DNA from: Podarcis filfolensis
Lineage: Eukaryota
Direction: 5' to 3' (one strand)
Assembly (NCBI GenBank): GCA_964270895.1
Contig: OZ185440.1
Length of the DNA: 64,000 bases
This document shows positions 51,783 to 61,300 of the stretch, piece by piece (position 1 is the first letter of the stretch; each line of letters begins with the position of its first letter). A model generated the notes under the pieces. The model made no database searches. It saw only the letters and a program-made list of their open reading frames with translations, and was not told the origin of the DNA. The position numbers were made by a program, and so were the translations under genes.

Positions 51783-53292
51783 CTGCGAAGAAAGACCAGA
51801 CGGCTAAGCTCGCCGAAGGCCGCCGAAAACTGAGGCTCGTCATAGGAGAAGGAAAGAGGGGCTGCCGACCATCCTTCCCTCCCCTCCAGCCAAAACTAAA
51901 CGGCGGCAATTAGGGGGCGAAGTCGGCCCCGAGGCATAAGCGCTTCAATGGGGCCCTTGAGCACTAATTGCCGCTCCTCCAGCAGCAGCCCAAGACCTCG
52001 CCCGCCCGGCGCTCGTGCCGGGCACGATTTAAATGAAAATGCCTCAGCTTGCGCGGCCTCCAAATACCCTCCGCAATTAGAGCCCGCCTTGCCACTTCCA
52101 GCTTGGGGCCTCCGAGGTGTAAATTGCCACTTAAGCACTCGAGCCGAAGTCAACAGGCCGAGGCGCTGCTGCTTAGACTCGAGGATTTATTTATTTCGTT
52201 AAGCTGAGGGCACAAAAAAAGGGGGGAAGAGGAAGAAGGGAACGTCACCAGAAGAGAAAGGAGGAGAATAGAAACCAGCCAGCTGAATTTAATTCGGGGG
52301 GTCATTAAACACAATGGCCCCCTTGGCCAATTTGGAGGGAGGGCGCGCGCTTGATGAAGCCGTTTGGCGCGGCCGAGGCCGAGCGAGGCGAGGGACAAAA
52401 GCGCTCGCGCCAACTCCGCCAGGGCGCTGCGCTCGCCTCCATTAGGCGCGCGGAACAAAGCCGGCGGAGGGCGACCCTCGGCCCGTCAAGCCCGCGCCCA
52501 AAGCCCCCTTTAGCTAAGCAGCCGACTCCATCCAAAGTCGCAGTGCAATCCTGAACCCGATTACTGTTTCCAATGGAGCTTTGCTCCCTGGCAAGGGATG
52601 CCACCTCGATGCGGATTAATTACCCCCCAATCCCAGCGGTTAAGATGTCAGTGAGGGCGATGCATGTCCTATTCACCTGAATCGCCAAGATGAAATGTGA
52701 GAGAGATCATCTGGAGCGGAGGTAACGGGCACTGCGCCCTCCTGCATCATCCCTGACCATCGGGCTCCATAGCCGGGGCCGGGGCTAAACGGAGCCCGAC
52801 CCGATCTAGAGCGCCCCGATCCGGGGTATAAATGGGTCTGCCCAGAGTAGCCTCGTGGAAGGAGGCAAAGCTAGTTTCGGGGACACGTTCCTGACCCCGC
52901 GTAATAATTTTATCCGGGTTGCAGCTAGTCCACCGGCTCCTTGCTTTGCCGAAATCTTTGCGACGGAAGAGGCTGCGCGCCATCCACCGTCCCGGGCCTA
53001 CACAGAAGCCAACCCTGCATGTTTCCATGGGACTTGCTCCCCACCGGCGTCTATAGATGCAGCGCACGATTTGACATTTCCCATGCGCAGGTAAGCAGTA
53101 TAAAACACAATGGAAAGAGGCAGGAAGGTTACAGCAAAAAGGGGGGACACTATCCCCCAGAACCCTTTAAAAACCAACCCCAACCCAACAGGCTCTGCTC
53201 GAGCCCTTGTAAACAATTTGCTCTGGTTTAAATGTCTTTTCGTTTTGGCTCAAGCAAGGCTTCTATTCCCATCTGTCATGGGTGCTTTAGCT

Positions 53293-53373
53293 GAAATTCC
53301 TGCATTGCGAGGGGGTTAGCCTAGATGACCCCCAGGCCAGGGGTCCCTTCCAGCTCTACGGTTTTATGATTCC
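53293..53373 (+). mobile_element. CR1 LINE extreme 3' tail
   Basis: gggggttagcctagatgacc...ggggtcccttccagctctacggttttatgattc matches the CR1 terminal ttggactagatgacc...gtcccttccaactctacgattctatgattc. Confidence 0.75.
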
Positions 53374-54632
53374 AGTGAATAAGTATATTGCATTCATTTT
53401 TAGAATTCCTTGAACAGAGACTAGGAAACGCGGCGGCCCTTGAAGGTTTGGCTCGTGGTCTGGTTTAAGGCTGCTTGCGATCACTTACCCCGGAGTAGCC
53501 CCATCGAAGGCAGCCGAGCTAGTTTGGAGGATTCTGACCGCGCCGATCGCCACAGATGTACGGGGGGGACCCAAAACCGCTGGAATTAACTGCCTTTTAA
53601 AAGAGGGGTGAACGGGAGACAGATACGAGTCTGCTGGCAGGTCCTTGGGTGGTTTGCAAAGGACTCCTGGCTACCAACTGCTGAGCAGCAGCAACGAAAA
53701 GACTTGCCCACCCCCTCTAAATTATGCTGCCGACACGGAGGGATGTATGGATGCGTTGGTGGGTGGACCGGCCGCGAGCTCCCATCAGTTCTGATAAACT
53801 CAATGCAGATTCTTTAATTCTAAACGGTTTGGCTTTGGCACCAAAAGAAAAAGTAGGTCATGCAAGCCTCACGTCTGTCACCCGCTTGCTTTAGGGACAG
53901 TTCGAAGCGAAATCGGGGCACGGTAAAAAAAATCCTCAAAAGCCAGCGATGCCTTAAGGGACTACTCCGTTGTATGAAGTCGAAGCGGCGTCCTTCGTAA
54001 GAAGTGGAAGCGGTGTCAGTCCTCCGTGCACCAAATATTCGATTTCTCTCTTTCCCCTGCGGACGTTTCCTACTAAACTTGTTTTCGTGTGCTCGCGCGC
54101 GCTTTTCTTTATTTCTTTTTTTTCCCTTTTCAGCTGGAAATTCAGGTATTTGTTTATATTTTAGATCTACAGTTAAAACAAAACAAAACAAAACCCGAAG
54201 CTTTCCACACACAGACACACCAAGTAAAGGGTGTCAAGCGCTTACAGACGTTAGGTGGAACCGTGCCAATTTGCCTTCAGGAGTGGAAGGGGAAATCGCT
54301 TCCACCACACGAAAAAGCGCATTTCAAAGGAAGAGGAGGGGTGGGGGTGGGGATACTTTACAAAATTACGAAATATAATTAAAATAACATTGGGGGGGGG
54401 GGAATTCCTGGACGGGTCTTAAGCTGCGATGAGCAAACCGCTTAACGCGAAATATTCGCCCCCCCCCCGCTGCAATGAAATGAAACTACTCCGGAGCAAA
54501 GGGCATAGCAGCTGGTATCTCTGGGGGCAAATTCGGATCCACTCCACTTTTACACAGACTGCGAGGGAGGCAATCCGCTTAAGGAAAAGGGTCTCTCGTC
54601 TTCGCAGGGGGAAGAAGAGGCAGCGGGCTCAC

Positions 54633-54713
54633 CTTTTCCGTCGCGAGGCGAAGCGCAGGCACGTCTTTGTCGTCCAGTTTACACACAAACATCTGGTTGC
54701 TCTTCCAATACAT
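54633..54713 (-). CDS. LHX8: LHX8 coding exon 1
   Basis: gccATG; MYWKSNQMFVCKLDDKDVPALRLATEK matches the recalled rodent Lhx8 N-terminus MYWKSDQMFVCKL; donor AAG|GTGAGC; phase 0 fits exon 2. Confidence 0.88.
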
Positions 54714-57241
54714 GGCACTGGGCTGGGAGCGCTCCTCACATACCAACTCCAGAAAGGACGGAGCCCCCACTCCCTCCCTTTCCGCGCAGGAGAAAAAGGA
54801 AAAAAGGAAAAAAGCGACTTGGGCGAGTTTCGAAAAGTATCAAGGAGAAGATAGCCAACGCCCGGCCCTCCTCGTCGGCCTCCAGTCCTTGCTCCCCCTC
54901 GTCTTCTCCGCTTCCCTCTTCCCGAGCTCCCTACCCGACTCCACTGATGTCAGACCCTGGAGGGGGGGAAAGTTTTGTTTTCAAGTGGGTGGAACCTCTT
55001 CCCGCAAAAGCCTCTTGGCTGGCTGCTGGAGCCTCACCTCCTCGTGTAAAACCCGCCTTCTGTACATGTTCAGATCTTTATCGCTACAAGCAAGCGCGCT
55101 CCAGGGAGCGGGTTTTTTAATATATATATATGTATAAAAGGAGAAGTGTGTGTGTCGGGGGGGGGGGAGAGAGAAGCACAGGAGTGTGCTAACTTTGGAT
55201 TAGTCACTTCACCTCTCTCTCTCTCATCCACTCACCCACCCACCCTGCTTTCTCCCCTCCTCCTTGCCAAACCTTGCGCTTTCTATGTCCGGGGAACCCA
55301 AGCCAAGGTGGAGGGCGCAACAGGCAATCGCGTGGCTTCCACCATCCTTAATCGCAGCAGCAGACATTGCATAAACCTGGAGTAAAGAGAGAGAGAGAGG
55401 AACTGCGTTGGCCTCAGACGGTTCTTTATCACTGTGATAAACGCCTCTGCCATTAAGGGAAAGCGGTAGAACATCTGAGCAACCCCAAACTCCGATTGGG
55501 GAAGAGAGAAAAGAATCAGATCGCGGGGAAAGCTAACTAACTTATAAAGTCTTGCGCTGGCGGGGTGGGAGGTCGGCGGTCGCGGAGTGGGAGACTGCCC
55601 CGGACACCCCCTGCTTGCTAAATTCGGTTTATCTCTCTTAGCTAGAGGCGCGACATTTTCTTGACAGGGTGGAGCAGATCTCAACAAGGGCTGCGACGTC
55701 CCAAAGGACCGCTGCACCTTACAGCAAGCGAGCCCGTTTCTGTCAAAGCAGGGGGCGACAATCCGGTGGCTTCGCGTTGACTGTTTCTCGGAAAGCGTCG
55801 CAGGCAAGTCCCCCCCCCCAATGTGTCATTCATCTTTTTTAAAAACAACAACAACACCTCTCATCTCTTTTCTCCCTAGCCGCAAGGGGAACGGCCAGCG
55901 ATTCTGGGATCGGAAGCTAAAACCAGATTTCTCCGTTGCTGAGGTGAGTTACCACGTTTATATTCCGGAGACCGGGATTCTGATTTTTCCAACGTAGTGT
56001 CTGAACGTCTGGGTATTCTTTCAGCAAGTTTTACTTCAGATTAGCCAGTCCTATTCGAGAGGTCAGAGGGAAATGAAATGAGCACCCAAACATGCATGAT
56101 CTGATAAAGTGGATTTAAGTCCACAAAGGCTTGGAGAGCATAATAAATATGACAGGTCTTTACGAGCTTCATCTTGAGTAGGGAGAAGTCCTTATAACTT
56201 TTAGTCAAATTTACTTCTAGTTACGCGTGCAGAGAATTCTATCACATCTCATCCTTATTTCAAAAGTAAGTCTCAGCGGATACAGTGGGGCCGATTCTGT
56301 AGTTACAGCCTCTGGTTTAGATCCTGAACATCTTAACTTGACAGCAGGTTGGGCTGCTTGTCCCAAGCAAACGCTTTTGTAGGATCGGCGAGCTACACCT
56401 TGATCCTGTGCACGTTTGTTCACCAGTCAAGTCTAGAAGGGCTCCCTCCCTCCCGTGGCCGCAACTTTAGCCAGAGCATCATTCCTTTCCAGACCACAAA
56501 CAACCGCAGATTCTGTGCAATCCTAAATCGCCTCTCTCCTCCTCTTCCCCATCTGAAAATCTCTCCTCGCTATGACCTCATGGATGGAGCTGGTGGTTGT
56601 TTGTAGATTTATTTTCTTCTCTCTTTTTTTGCCGCGTGCCGCGTGTCTTTCTTCTAACCGGGCTCATAAAATAGATACCCGGGAAGGCCGCAGAGGTGCA
56701 GACAGTGCTGCTCGCGAGTTAACTGCCACGGAGTCCATTGGAGCTTTTATTCCACAGCAAGCGTGCCTAGGATCGCAACCCCATAGCCGCGAAATAGAGA
56801 GCAAATGCAGAGAGACCCAACTTTGGACGAGAACCACCCCCCTTCCCCCGGGCTTGGATGCCTCTCAGAAGTTAATGAGACGTTAAATTGGGAGACAAGT
56901 CTCCCTAGGAAGGTGAGTGTGCTTTTCTGGAATCCCGAGGCTACAGCCACTGGCGCTAGCTAGAGCGGCTGATCCAAGCAAGTCGCGCGCCGGCGGGAAA
57001 ATCCGCGGAGCGCAGCGAACCGTGGCTCTCAACATTCCAGGCGACAGTAGCCTAGACGCGTTTGGAGGGATGATCTCAGGACGGGGCAAACCGGCGCGCT
57101 GGCCTAGGCGCAACTGATTGAGCCTGCTGCGGGAAGAGAGAGGCAGACGTGGGCTCCGGATCGACGTTAAGTTTCCAGGGCTGCCGGCCAAACTAGCTAT
57201 CCCCTCTTCTCACCTCCCTTTCCCCAGGGTTTCTTTCCATC

Positions 57242-57263
57242 ATATATATATATATATATATAT
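57242..57263 (+). repeat. (AT)n microsatellite
   Basis: atatatatatatatatatatat. Confidence 0.9.
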
Positions 57264-58325
57264 AGCCCCTACCCGGCCACGTTCACCATCAATCAGGTTT
57301 GAGAAACAGAATCTTCATCCAAAATTTAAAAATGGCTCAGCTTGCTGTTGTAATTAGCTCGGCATCCTATAGAAAACATCTGCCCCAAATGTGGGCTGTC
57401 ATTCGCCAGCCTCGCTTGGTCAAGCCCCCAAAAACCCAGATTCCACGATCTTTCCCGACATATTGCAGGACGAGGGTGGGGGAGTTAAAAATGCCCCGGT
57501 AACCTGGACAGGGAAGAGGTTATTGCAGGTGATACAGTGTCTCAGTGGATCATCACCATCTTTTATGCGACGTCCTTGCTTTCCATTTAGGAAGCTGAAA
57601 GAAAATATGCTGGAAGATATCTTGCTCTTTATTACAAAATGCGCAGTTTGCATTCAGTCGGACTTTTATTTATCTGCTGTATCACTTTTCACTCCCAAGA
57701 CTCGCTGCCGGTTCATCATCTTCCATCGTTTCCATATTTCTTCCATTAAATCACCCTCTTTGTGGGTCTGCTCTTGTTTTTGAGGCTATTATTAGCCTCC
57801 TGCCATGGCTCGAACGCGAAGCGATGGGAGGACCGCCAAAGCTCTGATTCACCCGCTCCATGGCTCCTTCCCAGCAGTATTGGCCATGCAGCCCTCTCCA
57901 CCCATCGCGGAAGTCGTATCGGCACTTCCGGAGGAGGGCTGGGGGGGGGTTGGCATTTAACACCACGAAAAGCAGGCTAATAGGTCTTCTCCTTTGTGTC
58001 TGAATGAGAAATGTGTCTATATGAGACGGTTACCCTTAAACAAGGGGATGCAAAATCCTCACACACACAACTGAGCGATGTTGGTGATGTTGCCGTTGCC
58101 CTCCTCCACTGTAAGCCACAAACTTTTTGAGTGTGTCTTGGGATCGGATTGAGATAACTCCATACTTGGTTTGGAGGCTGATTTGCAATAACCCAATAAC
58201 CTTCCTGTTACTTTGGCATCCTAGTGTACCATACTCGCAGTGTACTGCCAAAACATTGGCCTTGAAACTCAGCAAAAGAATGGGGATTGATTTGTTTGTT
58301 TGTTAAGGCACTTTAACTAACTCAC

Positions 58326-58378
58326 TCAGGGGGTTGGATTAGATGATCCTCGGGTTACCTTCCAACTCTACGATTCTG
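58326..58378 (+). mobile_element. CR1 LINE extreme 3' tail
   Basis: gggggttggattagatgatcctcgggttaccttccaactctacgattctg. Confidence 0.75.
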
Positions 58379-61300
58379 TCGCCTGGATCTTCTTTTGCCC
58401 ATCGCCCAGCAGAGTAGAAACACGTGTTTGGGGCCTTCACCTGAAAGGTGCAAGCAATTACAGCCCGGGCAGGAGCCTCCCCGTTTCCCTGGGAGGTCTC
58501 AGACTTCTTTAATCTGTCGAGAAAGGACTAATGACTGGTGCGGGACGGCGAGATCGGAAATGAGATAGAATCAAGGGAAAATAATTTGGACACCAGGAAG
58601 CCTGCATTTAAGCTGCTTAGAGAAGAATCGTGCTTTAATTTTAGGACTCCGCCTTGGGCTGCTTTCTCTCCCCTCCCACCCACCGCGGGCATTTCTGGGG
58701 GCACCGTTAACCCTGTAGGTGCCTAGAGTTGTCGTCTGGTTTCCTTGTGTTGGGAAGAGCTTTGGTGCTGCCACCAGATACAGAAACGTATGTCTTTTAT
58801 CTGTAGCAATCCTTATGCTCGCCACCTGCTATGACTACCCTGCAGTCCGCTCTGCCCACTGACTCCGATTCTGTGGTGATTGCTTGTAAGTATGTATGCA
58901 AAGCATCGATCCCCAAAACACCTACGTGGACGTAAGTCCGTCCGTGGAACGTCACTGCAAACAATTCTGCTTTATCTGACTCTCCCCAAGACTTGCTTCA
59001 ATCATTTCAGAGACGGCCAACCATTCCCAACAAGATCTCCTTAATTTCTTGAGTCGTTGAAGACATATTAGCAAGCAGTAAAGGTTTAAGGAGATTTGAG
59101 GGGTGCTGCCGAGAGAGGTTAAAACAACTCGGTTCGTTTCTTCCGCAGGGTTTCTCTTCCTCTCTGTCCTCGGATTGCCCTTTCTTATCTGCAAATGATA
59201 AGGAACGTCTGCAAAAGGTTGCGAAGCCTGCTTTTAGCACCGGATCAGTCCACGATTTATACAACAACAACAACGACAAAATCTGGTTGCAAGTGGGGGG
59301 GGGGGGGTCCCAGCAGGATTGTGGGGAAAGTTGCAAAATCTAAAGTAAGCGGAAGATCTTTCAGCAAAAAGTTGCAACCTTAAGTCCTAGGGAAATCAGT
59401 GACAAGATTCAAGTAGTATGAGAAGATATTGGAATCTGCAAGACATTTCTGACTGCGGCAAACCTTTCCTGAATTCTTCCCATTCATTAGGATGATTGCT
59501 GTGGATTTTGTGCAAGAATTTGGAAATCAGCGTTCAAAGTAACAACCTAGAACATTTAAAGCATGCCCGGATGGCACTGCTGTTGTGTGCTTTTGCCTTT
59601 TTCTCATCCTTTACCGGTTTACTCTGATGTAGATCTCATTATGTGCAGTGGAGTTTGTTCCCAAATAAGTGGCAAGGCAAGAAAGAAAAAAAGATGGAGG
59701 GGTTTAAAATGCATTTCCATCCTGGTTCCTACCTAAATGCGGAGGGAAAGCCTGCAAGAAGATGACAGGACGACCTTCTAAGGTCGAAAACCACATTGCC
59801 GAACGTGTTGAAAACCCGATGGGATCTGGAAAGCGGCGTTGGAAAGCCTGCCCCGAGATTTCCAAACAAAAGTTTTGTTTTCTTCTTCTTTTCACTGTGC
59901 TTCGTTTTTCACATGGCGCAAGATGTATTCTTGTGGGTATTTCTTATTCCCCAACGCCCTCCTAAAATCGTTCGGCAACGTGGGGAGAATTTGGAAAAGC
60001 AATGGCGTGCCAGGGCCCGCCTCCCTACAGAAATAAAACCAACATTAAAACAAACGCACAAAAAGTCTTGAACGTATTCGTTAATAATAAATAATAAAAA
60101 TAAATAAAAATAAGCTTGCGTAAATAGATTCCGATTACAGTGGTCAAAGTATATCAGGTCCAAAGGAGAGAGATGGAGCGTGGTCTTTACAACTGGCTAG
60201 TGCCCAAAACTATTCCATACTTTTGAAATGTATTTCGAGGAAGGGAAAATAATGCCAAAATGTAGCGAAATCTTCTACTTTCTCCCCAAAGCGATATTCA
60301 GAACCCAATGCATCTAGAAATCATGTGGCTAATAGTGCATCTGATGGCCACTGGTAAACATTTACTTGAAAATAAAAATAATTCAGAGCAATTGTACGCC
60401 CGAGCGAGCGAGCTTCAAACCGTAGCTCAATTCCAGGCGTTTGCCGCTGTCCCCAGTCACAGATGCTGTAAAAACTGGAGTGGGAGAGAGAAATCTGATG
60501 AAAGCTTATCAGTTACAGTTGGTTGACAAGGAAAACGCTGCTCACTCGAGGAATGCTAACTGCACATTGTTGCTGTGCGCGCGTGCGAACACATTGTTGA
60601 TAGTCCTAAGAAATTATGTAGGGAACTTGCAGACTCTTACGGTTTGTGCTTTTGAGTTGGGGTTAGTTTATTTTGAAAGTCGACTAAAATACATCTCCGT
60701 TGTCCTAATACTGAATTGGACAATTTAAGATGCCATCTTTTTATACCTCCCGCTCTCATTTTTGAAATTCTCTATCAAGTGTAAACAACAACAACAAAAG
60801 ACGAGGGAAGAAGATAAAAGAAGGGGAAAAAGGAGAATTTCCCTATGGTTGGGAAGTGCGAAAGTGCGTGGGTTGTGCGCGCATTTTCATATAACGTAGG
60901 TCTTTCTAATAGCCTTCAGCAATAATTCTGAATGCTGAAGAAAGAGGAGAGAATACTGAATAATTTGGGTGGAATATTTTTGCATATTGTTTTGGCTAGC
61001 TCAAATCTTCCAAAATGCAGCAGACGATACTTTTCGGAACGGGTGTTGGGGCGGGGATGCAATATTCCACCCCATTATATTTTGGTCTGACTGCAGCTTT
61101 TTCCTCCCTTTTGCAATAAAGGCCAAAAGTATACCTTTTTTGTGTATAACGTCTTCGGTCGAGTCAGTTGCAAACACCACTGAAATTGTCAACCAATACG
61201 ACTCCCTAACATCGTTTAACTAAGGACTAAGAACCAAGTCTTTAGCTGCCCTGCGCAGCCCGATCCTAAGCAGCGTTAGAGGTGCCACTGAAATCACAGC

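Larger units (their letters stand above)
50900..57200. promoter_or_regulatory. CpG island / promoter domain of LHX8
   Basis: Sharp rise in GC and CpG density relative to the AT-rich remainder; spans exons 1-3; boundaries approximate, with CpG-rich patches continuing to about 61500. Confidence 0.85.

Noticed and set aside
53803-53817. MQIL resembling the start of human LHX8 isoform MQILSR
   Set aside because: Wrong strand relative to LHX8 and followed by a stop; coincidence.
54714-54770. N-terminal extension of LHX8 (MGAPSFLELV...) suggested by the ORF track
   Set aside because: The start at 54770 is GTG, not ATG; homology begins at MYWK (54713).
50819-57783. Numerous 60-174 aa ORFs across the CpG island
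   Set aside because: High GC content suppresses stop codons; apart from the LHX8 exons none shows a recognisable domain.
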